A stretch of DNA of 64,000 bases from Lama guanicoe (Eukaryota). The notes under the pieces are model-generated. The model was not told the origin of the DNA, ran no database searches, and saw only the letters and a list, made by a program, of their open reading frames with translations. Of this stretch, positions 52,227 to 64,000 are shown piece by piece. Location: NCBI GenBank assembly GCA_013239625.1, contig MU053645.1:1480274-1544273 (forward strand), written 5' to 3'. How positions within the stretch are numbered: the first letter of the stretch is position 1; every line of letters begins with the position of its first letter. A program made the translations under genes and the position numbers.

Positions 52227-53669
52227 TAAATAAAATCTGAATTCCTTACTATAACTAAAAGATTCTCCAAGATTTGGCCTATGTCTACCACCATCTTTCA
52301 TGCTAATTTTATTCCATCCTCAAACTATTCCTTTCCTTCAAAGTATTTGCATTTTCTGTTTCCTCTGTCCTGAAATGTTCTTCCCCCAGATCTTTGCTTG
52401 CCTGGCTCCTTCAAACCATTTAGGAGTCAGCTCACATGTCACCTCTTAGAGAAGTCTACTCTATTGCACTGCCCATGCCTCTTTCAACTAACCTTGTTTT
52501 GTTTTATCCTGTCACTTATCACTTTTGAAATTATTTTATTAACCTCTTTAGTTGTTTGATGTCTATCTTCCTCACATGATCATAAGCTCATGAACACAGG
52601 AGTATTTGACCTGTACTCTTAGGATTAAAAGGAGTTTGCCCAATGAACACATGAGAAGCAGGAATGTGGCAAGAACTGAAAAATTCAAACTAACTATTTC
52701 AGAACTACTGGAAAACATAGAAAGGCGAGGAAGATGGGAGTGATGGGAGATGAAACAATGGCATTTTTTAAAGTATCACTTTGGCTGCTGAATTGTAGTG
52801 AGCCAACAGTGTAAGACAAGAGACCATTTATTCATTCAGGAATATGTATTGACCCCCCCCACTACATGACAGGTACGATCTGAGATCTCTCCTCAAACAA
52901 AACAGACAAAAATGTTTGTCCTCTTGAAACTTGCAGTCTAGTGGGGATCGGTAGATATTGCAGGTGATGATGATGTCCCACTAGGAGTGAGACAGTGGAG
53001 ATAAAGAGAAGTGGTTGGATTTGGGGATGTGTTTTGAGGGGTAGGTAGAGTAGACAAAACTTGATGATGGATAGGATAGATTGGACATCACTTCCTCCAC
53101 AAAATTTTCCCTGGACCCCCAATATCAGATGAGGTATCAAAGCTTCCCATATTTACCCTATTGCTACATACCCTGTACTGTAAATATTCCTTTACTTGTC
53201 TGTCTTATCTGTACTTTATCATATTATGCACCAAAACTCACAATGCTTGGCACAGAACAGTAAATTTATTAAATAAATAAACTTAATAGTAATATTTATT
53301 ATCATTAAATAAATTTACTAAATATATAAACCAGGTCCTTTATCAGGGAAGTATTTATTGCCCATCCAATGGAAATCTCTTTTAGTCTGCTGTGGGTTTT
53401 TTTTTCACATAAACAAGTAAACTTTATTTTTCCTCTTAGTCTACAAGCAATCCTGGCAAATTTTCCATAATGCATAGTAGGAACAAGTAGTATAAATGTT
53501 GATAATATCAGTTTTTCTCTTCATTTAATCTTAAAACAAATAGTTTATTATATTTTTATATGTTGTTGGTAAAACTGTTTAAACTTTATAAATGCTTAAT
53601 GAATGCCTCATTCTACTTATGAGGCCTTGTGCAGCTCAATAGCTATTCAAAACAATTTCTTAGAAACTG

Positions 53670-53780
53670 TTTTTCATTTTTTATTGTTTATTTTTATAGA
53701 AGTATAGTCAGTTACAATGTGTCAACTTCTGGTATACAGCATAATGTTCCAGTCATGCATATATATGTATTATATATGTA

Positions 53781-53815
<35 letters not shown>

Positions 53816-53970
53816 TCATTTCCATATTTTTTCATTAAAGGTTATTATAAGATATTGAATATAGTTCTCTGTGCTATACAGAAGAAATGTGGTTTTTTTA
53901 ATCTGTTTTTATATACAGTGGTTAACCCTTGCAAATCTCAAACTCCCAAATTTATCCCTTCCCACCCTCT
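53670..53970 (-). mobile_element. L1 3'UTR fragment with an internal (TG)/(TA) microsatellite
   Basis: gaagtatagtcagttacaatgtgtc...ggttattataagatattgaatatagttctctgtgctataca...tttatcccttcccaccc. Confidence 0.85.
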
Positions 53971-55149
53971 AGTCTTCTGTGGTTTTATTCTGGTCTTTGA
54001 AGCAAAAAGTCCCTTTCTAGATTGAAATGATAACAGCTTCTATTTAAACTATGAAAACATTTCTGCAAAGACTGGAAAATTACATTGCCTCATTATGACA
54101 GTCATACCTGATTAAACATTACATAACATCAGAAAATTAAAAGTTCAAGATTATAGACATAGTGCCAGGGAGCACAATTATAAGGAGTCAAATATTCAGT
54201 CAGGCTGTTCATGACATTTAAAAGGTCAGTGGCCAAAAGCACTCCACATCTTTAGGTAATGGTCAATGCAGTTCTACAGCGCCAGTCACAGCTCAGAAAA
54301 TACTTTAGAAATAAACTTTAATGGAATTCAAATTTACGGGATCCCAAAATAGCCACAAAATTCAACAAAAAACAAAGAAAAAAAATGTCATATGCCAGCC
54401 ACACACCGGAGTCTAGAAAATAATGACTGTTGCTGTTATTTCAAAAACCATCTCTCCACACTTCTAACTACAAATATCTAGTACTATAGAACTTCTCCAG
54501 TTACCCAGTGGAAGCTTAAAGCTCAGTTATCAGTGACAGATACTCAGTGATTCCTTCCAAATCCACATTTCCATTATAAATGACTATGTATAAATGGCTT
54601 TGTGCTCTCCAGTACTTGTGAATTCCCCATCCAAAATCAAGAACTGTATGGAAACATGTGAAGCCAAAAAGTAGTAGTAGCCAAAAAGATCCTAGAGAAG
54701 AAAGGAGTTCAATTAGGTGCCACTGGAATCTTCTACCCTTTTCTCCAGCCAAAGCTTTCAAAGAACTCTCCTCCTATATGTGTGACCGTCATTTCAAGGG
54801 TTACGCAACCAAGAAATGCGTCACCCTGCTGTTCCCCACTGTTACCCAGCAACTAATCTACAGCTGAGACTAAAACCCAATAACCCTAGCTTCTGATTCC
54901 AAGAAAGAATTATGAATTATGAAAAATAACCTGGGCTCTCAATAATCAAGATTCTCACATGTTAAAATATTCCCCTGAAAGATGCCAGCTCGTCTCAGTT
55001 CAGAGTTCCCAAAATTCCACCCTCTCCATAAGGTATTCCTAGACTGATCAGAGGAAAGGAGATGGTTTCTCCAAGTTCCTTGGTTTTGTCTCACTTGGTA
55101 AGTGAAATTCCCACAACCCTATAGGAAATCTGACCTTATTTGCATGTGT

Positions 55150-55709
55150 GGTTTTCAACATTAATTATTCTGACATATATATGTCAAAATCTGTGATCAA
55201 AACAAAGGGACATCATGGGCTTTGAGAAGGATATAACATCACTTCCATCATATTCCCACCCTAAATGCATAATCTGAAATTTACAACAAAGAAACATCAA
55301 ACAAACCCAAATTCAAGGACATTCTATAAAATAATTGACTTGTAATCTTTAATATGTCAAGCTTGCGAAAGACTGAGACTGAGGAACTATTTCAGATTAA
55401 AGAAGACTAGAGAGACACAACTAAATGCAATGCAGTGAGTGATTCTGGATTGGATTCTGTGTTTATATTTTCTACAGAGGACATTACAGGACAATTTGAA
55501 AATTTGAATCAAATCTGAATATTAGAAAATAGTACTGTATCAATGTTAATTTCCCAGTTCTAATAATTGTATTATGGTTATAAAAATGAATGTTCTTATT
55601 TGTAGAAAACACACACTGAAGTTATTTTAGGATAAAAGAGCATCGTGTCTGTAACTTACTTTCAAACAGATCAGAAAAATACACACATTTACAATTAGAG
55701 AGAGAATGG
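55150..55709 (+). mobile_element. Old L1MC-like 3'UTR fragment
   Basis: gaaacatcaaacaaacccaaattcaaggacattctataaaataattg...gaggaactatttcagattaaagaagactagagagaca...gtatcaatgttaatttcc; homologous to 5300-5780. Confidence 0.75.
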
Positions 55710-56191
55710 TGAAAGGGAAATTTGCCTGCCATTCCAGTAAATAACAAATGTTGCTCACCATCAAGCCAATAGCTACTGCAGCCACATGAAGCCCCCCACC
55801 CCCACCCCAAGCATGGTGCACCCTGAAGGGAATTCAGGATGTCAGGCTGGAGAAAACCAGGAAATACTCTGTGTTCTGAATACTGGCCCTAGATAGTTAA
55901 AATGCGTATCTAAGAAATAATTTCAATGAGCCCAGACTCTTGCATCTTCCCATATACAGTAAAGCACTAAAATCGGTACATTGAGATGTCTGTTCTTTGT
56001 GATTACCTTTTGATGTTCAACTATAGGGTTTTTTTTTTCCAGCAAAAACTCTTAAATATCCTGGCTCCTCCTTTACCTCTTTGGAGCAGTTCCTCAGAGC
56101 TCTCTGAGAGGCTGTCTCTCTGGCTATAGTTCTCAGTAAGGTCCCTAAATAAAACCTAAATTTTAGATTGTGCATTTTTCTTCAGTTGATA
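55710..56191 (+). mobile_element. ERV1-type 5' LTR
   Basis: Starts TGAAGGGAAA; AATAAA at 56148; ends ttcttcagttgata (decayed ...GACA); followed immediately by a PBS-like sequence. Confidence 0.7.
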
Positions 56192-57209
56192 GGTTTAGCA
56201 ATCACACGAAGCGACCCAGAGCAGACTTCTCTCTTTCACATGAACTCTATCCTCTATCTGGAACCTTGGTACCAGCAGAGGCCCCGTGTACCCATTTGCA
56301 GTCTCAGAGAGTCCGGATGAATTTGGTGAGTCTCTATTGATTCTCAGATCTCCTGATTATTGGTTGATGATCCTGAGTTGTATTTGGTGGTACATAACAG
56401 GTACCTGCTCCCCCCACCAGTTGAAAGATACTGTAGGAGATTTTTCTCGGTTGAAAGACACTGAGTGGGTTACCCCAGTTGAAAGATTTTACTATGTATG
56501 TATAGAATTTATACTTATAAGTACTAGTTTACTTGAGAATTAAAGGAAGTATTGCCCTAAAAATGGCCAAATTGGGGTTCTTTTGACATTCCAAAATTAA
56601 TTTTTTTCTTTTTGCATGTGCAGCTAGAAAAAGCTGGATAAAACATCTTTTCAAAATTCTGACCTTAAAGAAACAAAAGCCCTTCTAGGAGTAACTTGCA
56701 CTTCTCTCCCTGTATCTTTGAAATGCAAATATTCTATCTGATCTTAGGAGCTTTTTACCCTATGTTTTGGGAGCTTGGTCTCTGTCCTCCAGAAGATACA
56801 CATGCAGTGTACATTTGGCAGCCAGTCAAATAAACTGGGATTCTGAGCAATCATTTCGTCTGGCTGTACCAACTCTCAGGGAAACTTGTCATAAGGGTCC
56901 CAGCCCAAAGGGGGCTTTCATCATCTTAACCTTCATTGCGTCCACCTGGACAACTAAGCCCCTTTACTTTCTTAGGCTATTTCTGAGAGTAAGCTTTCTA
57001 GATCTTGTGAAGGCTACATCATTTGCACTGTCTTGTGGGGACGCCTCTTGCATCTCACTGGTTTGAGTTGCTATTAAGATACTACTCGTCGAGGGGCAGA
57101 CAATGGAGCCTTTAAATTGGAGAAACTTCTAAATTGGTAAGCTTTTAGAGAGCTCTCATTATAAACAGCTGTTTTATTGGTACTTATTAAAAAACCAAAT
57201 TAGAAGATA

Positions 57210-57250
<41 letters not shown>

Positions 57251-57300
57251 CTCATAACAGCTAACCTAAGAACTCCATTAGTTTAAAACAAACAAACAAA
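56192..57300 (+). mobile_element. ERV internal 5' leader, no intact ORF
   Basis: ttagcaatcacacgaagcgac resembles a decayed TGGCGACCACGAAGGGAC-type PBS; leader contains a strong donor ttggtgagtc; right boundary uncertain. Confidence 0.55.
57209..57249. repeat. (CA)n microsatellite
   Basis: acacacac... Confidence 0.95.
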
Positions 57301-57924
57301 ATGGTTTGGGAAGCCTTATTTGTAGTCTCAGCCTCCCCTGAATGAGTCTTTCAGATGCTAATAAAAGTATCAGATTGTTAATTAGATTGATTAATGGGAA
57401 TAAGAAGAAACTGACAGGAAAGTCTAGAGACTTCTTCTCAAAAAGGTGGAAACTTTAAAGAGACTCATCCCACAAGGATAAAAGTCTTTAGATAGTTATT
57501 AAGAAATGGGATAAATAAAACAGACGTTAATGGGATTAAACTAAGTTTTGATATAACACTACCTAACGTTGGATGGGCCAAAGGATCCCTGTTACTGGTC
57601 ACCAACATTTAAGGACCCCAAACAAGTCTGCTCTATTTACCCCAGTTAATATTTAAATCTAAGAAATAATTTAGGTTTACTTTAATAAACTATTAAACTA
57701 TTATATGCCACAACATGCTGTGAGGAGGTAATGAAGGGAGTTCAAAATAAACCTGGCAAGATTATTCCAGGGCTGCTATGCCAGTCAGCTTGAGAATTGG
57801 CACCCTGGAGGGAAGAGTGCTATCTTCACACAAGTTGCCCTGCTGGGTACCTACCAACTTGCCAAGCACTAATGCCTGTTCCGAGATGTTTGTCCACAGC
57901 GCCAACCTTCATCCAAAGACATTG

Positions 57925-57958
57925 CTGCAGTATTCCATTTGGCCACCTGAGGGCGTGC
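57925..57958 (+). promoter_or_regulatory. Candidate CTCF site with upstream (ZF9-11) module
   Basis: ctgcagtattccatttggccacctgagggcgtg: core resembles TGGCCACCAGRGGGCGC, preceded by the TGCAG upstream motif 12 nt before CCACC. Confidence 0.45.
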
Positions 57959-58330
57959 TAAAATTACTTTTTCTAACTCAGAGATTTCCAGGCATTGAGG
58001 AGGCAAGAGTGTGGGAGGTGTGAGTCCCAGGTATCTTCAGGTCCCTTGGCAGACTGCTGATGTGACAGAAAAGAGAAGTAGTAGTTCCGACCTTAGCAAA
58101 ACTGTGTTGTCTTCAGAGTTCAGCTTCAGTGTCTTCTGCCTGCATTACTACCCCTCCTTTGCCTTATTGTCAGAGGGCTTTCTGTATCCCTACACCCCTG
58201 TCCCTTCTCCAGAAATCCAGAGCCCTCTTGGTCTCTTCCACCTTCCTCCAGAGGTTTTACCCAAGGTACTCACTCCCACTCAGGTGTAAGATTGATAACG
58301 ATGATCATCACCACAGCAGAACATCACAGC

Positions 58331-58913
58331 TGTAAGAAACTGATAACGAGGATAACCTAACGAGAATGTGGTCCCTTGCAAGAGTTTTCAATGTTGACAG
58401 GAACCTGTGGGGTCCACAGGCATCTAGCAGATTCCTGCACCAAGGCCACTCAAGCATCCAGTTGCTGCCCTTTAAAGGTAACAAAGAACATTCCTTTTTA
58501 AATACCTACCTGCCTTAGCTGAACTAACTACTCTAGACAATGATCAACCTTACAAAGCCCAGAAGCCTGGCCACCAGGACCGGTCACAATCCCCTACCAA
58601 AATCCCTAGCCGTACCCTTTCACGACCCTCTCTTCCCTGTTACCTCAACATCAACCAATCAGAGAACTGTGCATAAGCCAATCAAGCCCCCTGTGACTCC
58701 TTTGTGCCCAATGTCATGTAGGCACAAGGAGTTAGAGGTTACCCTCCCTAATAAAAGACCTCAGCAACCACCCTCAGGGTGCCCAGACACCTCTTGTCTG
58801 TGTCCCGCTGTTGTCTATGGCAGTATACCTAATAAACTCCTGTCCTATTTTCATCCTTTGACTTTGGTAAATTCTTTTACTGCCCACAGACCAGCCCGCA
58901 GAATCCCACAACA
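58331..58913 (+). mobile_element. Solo ERV-type LTR
   Basis: TG...CA ends (tgtaagaaac...cccacaaca), two CCAAT boxes (aaccaatcag, agccaatcaa), TATA-like aataaaag at ~58750, AATAAA at 58831; no TSD seen. Confidence 0.65.
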
Positions 58914-59335
58914 GAATTCATGCCTCAAACTGTACATTAGACTGAGATTAGAAATCCAGGCCTCAAAGCTGGTAGAGAATATGGTGAATAGAAAGAATAT
59001 GGTGGCCCATTGAAGCCCTTATTACTCTCCTGAACTCATGCCCTGAGTGCCTAAAGAGAGAGCCTGGTTATCACCCAGCTAGGCAAGAAAACAGGATGCC
59101 TGGGATTTGTGGGGCTTGGGGAGGAATATTTGAGTTTCAGGACTGAAAACTGGATGCTGGAAGGGTGCTGGCTAGAAAGTAGAAAAGCAGATGGAGTGAC
59201 AAACAGTCACCACTAAGAAACTTGGCAAATCTCCAGGGTTATCACAGCCTAAAAAAAAGACTGAGTAATAAAACTGTAAAGAAAGATTGCTGACCCTTTT
59301 GTAGTTGCCTTTATTGTACCCTGCTAAAAGCACAG

Positions 59336-59490
59336 TTTTTCTTTATTTTATTGTGTGTTTTTTTTGGGGGGGAGAGGTGGATAACTAGGTTTATTTATTT
59401 GTTCGTTTTTTAACAGAGGTACTGGGAATTGAACCCAGGACCTTGTACATGCTAAGCATGTGCTCTACTGCTGAGTTATACCCTCCTCCC
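59336..59490 (-). mobile_element. tRNA-derived camelid SINE (Vic-1-like)
   Basis: gaggtactgggaattgaacccaggaccttgtacatgctaagcatgtgctctactgctgagttataccctcc is the reverse complement of the Vic-1-type head. Confidence 0.9.
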
Positions 59491-59762
59491 TTCTCCTTTA
59501 TCTTAAAGCAGAGAGGCCAGCTGGGTATGATAGAGCAATCCTGGCAGTTAGGACTTCTGGGGGAATTGGTGATGTCATGAAACTAAAATCTATCAAAAAG
59601 AACATTTATTTCCTAGAATTATGTTGTCTTGAAAAATCTAGTGCCTATGTTAAAAGAAATTGATTATTTGTAGATATGAAATCAGCAATTTACAACTTGT
59701 ACACTTATCTATTCATTCATTCAAGAATCATAGACCTGAAATCAACTATACTTCAATATAGA

Positions 59763-59804
59763 TACATACATACATACATACATACATACATACATACATA
59801 CATA
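59763..59804. repeat. (TACA)n microsatellite
   Basis: tacatacatacataca... Confidence 0.95.
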
Positions 59805-61389
59805 AAGTGATTGTGATTAGGTCAAAAAAATTATAGACCTGGATTTTAGATGCCTTTTAAAAAGTTCTATTCAGGCCAGTACATTTTAACCTGCTGTCTC
59901 TGTGATCGATCAAGTTTTGAGCCCCAGGCTAGTCTGTCTCTGCCCCAATGCCCACTCCCCAGCCGAAATTGAGTTGCCACTCTACCACAATCTGTTGAGA
60001 TTGTCCTCCAGTGAGGCAAACCAAAGTTTTTATTCACTGAAAATAGTGAAGCTATCTGGTAAAATGTTCTGGACCACCACCTCCTGGACAGCAGGAGACG
60101 TACCTCTTTCATTAAGGACCCTGTACGGTGTTGTCATTGGGTTGCTGGGCTACACACATCTCTGGCACTGTGTATTTTGAATAAGTAAGTGAATAAATAC
60201 ATTTTTGTGTGAGTTTGTGGTTTTCTTAAAAGGATTTATGGAGAAACACACAACCAAAAAGTGGCAAATATCTAGCATACACTCAACTTTAATATCAAAT
60301 TATTACTTGCCTCAGTTAAAATCGCTTATCTACAAATACAGGAAGGCAAATAGCCAAAGTCAGCCTTTAGGAATGCACTTGCTTCTGTACTAAAATTTCC
60401 CTATTATCCACTTCATATCTTCCAATTAACTTACAATTAACTTGAAATAAGTATGCCCTTAAAGTCCACAGCATGAATATTCTTTTATGCCTAAAAGTAG
60501 TGTCATGTTAACAAACAAAATCACCTGCAACTTGCTTCAGTAGACCTGGATGTAAATTATCACAGTATTTATGGCTAAGCCAAGCTGTGAGGTCCCTCGG
60601 CTTTTTCTTGCCCTCTCTCTCCTGTCAGCCAGGACGACACCACTTGTCTTTCAGGACTCAGCTCAAGGGTCACAGCCCTCTGTGAAGCCCTTCCCTTTAA
60701 CAGACCTTCCCCCGCTGCCAGTAAATGTGTCCAGTACTTCCCTCTGCCCATCCCTCTGTTGTGCCACTACAGACTTCAGGCAAGTCTCTAGGTCGCCCAT
60801 CACATTTGTCTGCGCATGTGTCTGTCTCCTCTGCCAAAGATCAGGCCGTATTTGTCTTTGTAGCTCCTCTTCCTAGCTCAGTACTTGGCAACCCATAAGC
60901 CCTCAGTACGCGGCCATATATTTGTATGTTTTCATAATTATGCATCATATTCTCCCACTTGTCTGCTCCTTTCATCCTAGTCTTGTAATTGATTGTACAG
61001 TTGGAGCTAAAACATGAGCCAGTCTTAGGACAGAAACTTGATTGTCCAGCAGAGGGAGCCCCAAAGCCCTGGTTGGTGCTGGGGTGGTCTGGCCTATTAC
61101 CTGTCCAAACTGCAGCCTTGGCTTCAACATTTCCCAACGCCCCTTCTCCCCGCTTAGGAAAAGTTACCTATTGTCGAGCCCAGACAATGTCAGGACACAG
61201 ATGGAACCTGGAAGTACAGGGCCAGTCACAGGGGTCCTTCCAGAAAGAGATGGGTTCAGTTTTGGAATCCAAAATGCTGAAACAGCAAGCAGATAGCAAC
61301 ATCAGCAATGAGTACTAAAGGAAGCACCGACATCCCAAGAAGGATAAAAAGCATTGTTATTCTTGTTGTTGTTCTAGATAACATGCTGT

Positions 61390-61590
61390 GAGCATGGATT
61401 ACATGTCAGGCACCATGCTAAGTGTTTTGCCTATGATTCAATCGTCAAAACAACCTTCTATGGTAGAAATCATCAGCCCACTTCATTCACAGATAAGGAA
61501 CCTGAAGCTCAAAGAGTTTCATGGAACTTGCCTGTTCATCTTGGGAGTAAGTGATGGACTCAGGATTCAAAACCCAGTTTGTTTCAATGC
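61390..61590 (-). mobile_element. MIR SINE
   Basis: catgtcaggcaccatgctaagtgtttt...cacagataaggaacctgaagctcaaagagttt...caggattcaaaacccag. Confidence 0.72.
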
Positions 61591-64000
61591 AGAGCCCCGA
61601 CACGGACCTAGTGTGCCATTCTGCTTTCTATAGGGAGATACCGAAAGCCCTAATTCGGGGAAGAAATTGCGACCAGGAAATGCAGTTAAATAGGCAACAA
61701 GAACACGGGTTGGTCATTGGACAGTTTATTTTTTCAGAAATGTATTCAATGCACCACTCAAAATAATCTATCTTAGCACTCTTTGGGAAACACTCAGTTT
61801 TAAAAAGGTGGGTAGGTTGTCTCCAGAAGGCCCCCAGTTCAGTTGCAAATATATAAACTCAGCACCCTTAATTCCGTGAGTGCTGAGTGTTTATTGGACT
61901 GATGGGCTTTCATGAATAGACTGTTGAGAGGACAGGGCACAGGGCAGGTGTCAAGATTAAGTGGGAGCTTTGAGAGGCCATGAGGGAAAGTGCCCTGAGG
62001 GAACTAGGAAGACTTAAAACGAAATCATTGTGCTGCTCAGAGGCTCAACGCAGGCTCTGATCTCCTGATGCCTGATTCTGCTCAGAGATCCCCATGCTTA
62101 GCTGGCCGGGAGAGAAAAGTGCTGGTGGGGAAAGTGTCACACTTGAAACTGCCTCTGTGTGAGGGCCAGGCGTGAATGCTGGTATTTCACTACGGCCTTA
62201 TGACGGTGGACGTCGGTGTCATCTCTAAGGGTAGCCGTATCCCTGTATGTCTCACCAAGGAGGCTTGATTCCCATTTAGAAACCAACTCCTTCTGGAGGA
62301 AAAAGCCATCAAGGAGGACCCCATATGGACCCAAGCAGAGCCCCCGTGGAGGCAACTTGCAAGATCTGCACACCCACTCTAGCAGACACATTAGCAACCT
62401 AGCCGAGTGGAGAGTTGCCAGTCGAAACATTTGCCAACCCAACTGGGCTCCCAAATGTTTATGCGGATGGTACAACCTTCTGTCTCCGAGTGACTGGAGA
62501 TGTGTCACGGAGGCTCTCTTTCTAAATGGAGCCTGAGATAAAGGCTCCAGAGTAAACCTCGCCTAGGAGCGCATATTCCAGGGGCCCCTCCACCTGTCAC
62601 TATGAAAAAGAAAGGAGTTTAACATTTGGACCCTCAGGCCAAGCTAATTGCTGCTGCTTGGAAGGTCAGTCTTGGCAAGAGTATAACTAGCACATCATAC
62701 CCGTGATCCGATGGATGTTATGGGTTAGTACGAGGCTGCAGTTAGAAGGTGACTCCATTTGAAATTGATTAAAAAAGAATTTAGTAAATAATGGTATTGA
62801 TGGTATTGAAATGGCAAAAATCCATGAAGGAGGCCCTCCTGTGATCCATATTTGGGAACCCCACACTCCCAGAGGAGTATTGCCACAGTGGAAATCCCAG
62901 GAAGCGGGGCAGGCCTGTCGGGGAGAGGCATAGTCTCTGGGAGCAGACCCCTGTCCCCTCACCCTGGACTTCCCAGGAGTTGGCCCAGCCTGCCTGTAAT
63001 GAAGGGCACACACTGCAAAGCCAGAAAGAGGGAGCCTCATGCTCGGGGACAGGAGCCAAATTCTCCCTGACCTGTAGAAACCTGAGCAGGGCTTCAGAGC
63101 TGGGTCTCCCACCAGCCCAGAGAGTGGGTGATGGGTTTCACTCAAGAGTTGAAGCCAACCTTTACTTTTGTTTTCTTTTCCACTTTCCCCCATTTTATCC
63201 ATCCTATAAAAATCTCCAACCTTGTTAAGCTAACCAGATAATTTATGTGAATTAGCACTAGAGGATTCCTGGATCGCAGAGCACAAATGCTTAAAATAAG
63301 TGAATTGCCTACTTAGCTTAGGAAACGTTTTCTTTAACGGGATGGGTAAAACACTGCTGGCTGGGAAGAGGAGCTGCTTCTTGCTCACCTCCCAATAAGA
63401 CTACCATAGTTCACAGACTTGGAGTAGAAAAAGGAGGCAGTAACAAGAGGAATTACAACCCCGACACAGAGGCTGACAGGCACGATGAACATACTCCGGG
63501 GAACTCTGCCAGGACACAGGAGGCTTCCGTCTCATCTGAGTATGTCTGAGCCCATGACAGGTCCCCTCCCGCCACTGCAGAAGCCCCCCAGAGCTGACAG
63601 CACTCTAAAATGGTTCCAAATCAGCAAATGTGCACTCAGAGTATATACCAGAGAACATATATTTAAAGTCCTACACTTGGAATTCACCCTGCCTGCAACA
63701 AACCACGCACAGACCTCAGCCCATGGCTCTGACTCTTCCTTAGCAGGACCTGGTCCTTCACTCATTGGAATAAAAAGATAATTCGCAAATCGTTTTCTTT
63801 AGGGTAAATAAAAGCACCGCTAAAATGAGCTACAGTTCTCATTTCCACCCGGCCTCCCTTCAGAACACCACCATCGCCATAAGTGAAAATAGAACTTTGG
63901 TTCAGGCATTTCGAATTGTTCTCACCAGAAATACAAACTACTTCTGTCTGTCCACCAAGCGCATACAATGTAAATACGCCAGCATTAGATTTTTTAAAGG

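Noticed and set aside
59..63968. The many 60-190 aa ORFs in the track as genuine genes
   Set aside because: None resembles a cellular protein I recognise; many start at GTG/TTG, overlap repeats or microsatellites, or are antisense L1/L2/MLT translations
63925..64000. Kelch-like LYALGG in a minus-strand frame ending at a TCTG|gtgaga donor
   Set aside because: Only a 6-residue resemblance, no downstream Kelch Y/W residues, and the segment is cut by the window edge

Overview
Mammalian genomic DNA, almost certainly from a camelid: it contains three tRNA-derived SINEs of the camelid Vic-1 type and lineage-specific L1s. The window looks intronic or intergenic and is dominated by transposon remnants: L2, MIR, L3/CR1, old L1M, hAT-Charlie MER5/MER58, MaLR MLT1 LTRs and ERV1-type LTRs. 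I cannot recognise any intact protein-coding gene. The ORF-track peptides with recognisable motifs are all decayed L1, L2 or CR1 fragments. A few well-formed minus-strand exon candidates (best: 28330-28442 and 46941-47063), plus the + orientation of all long L1s, suggest the intronic/5'UTR part of an unidentified minus-strand transcript. A ~1.05-kb near-identical duplication flanking an N-gap is probably an assembly artefact. I found no convincing new biological system. The best leads are three structurally abnormal L1 copies that each lack most of ORF2 (two with perfect 14-bp target-site duplications, TSDs), and a possible spliced 45-aa uORF. Family names come from recalled consensus features, not a database search, and boundaries of old repeats are approximate.
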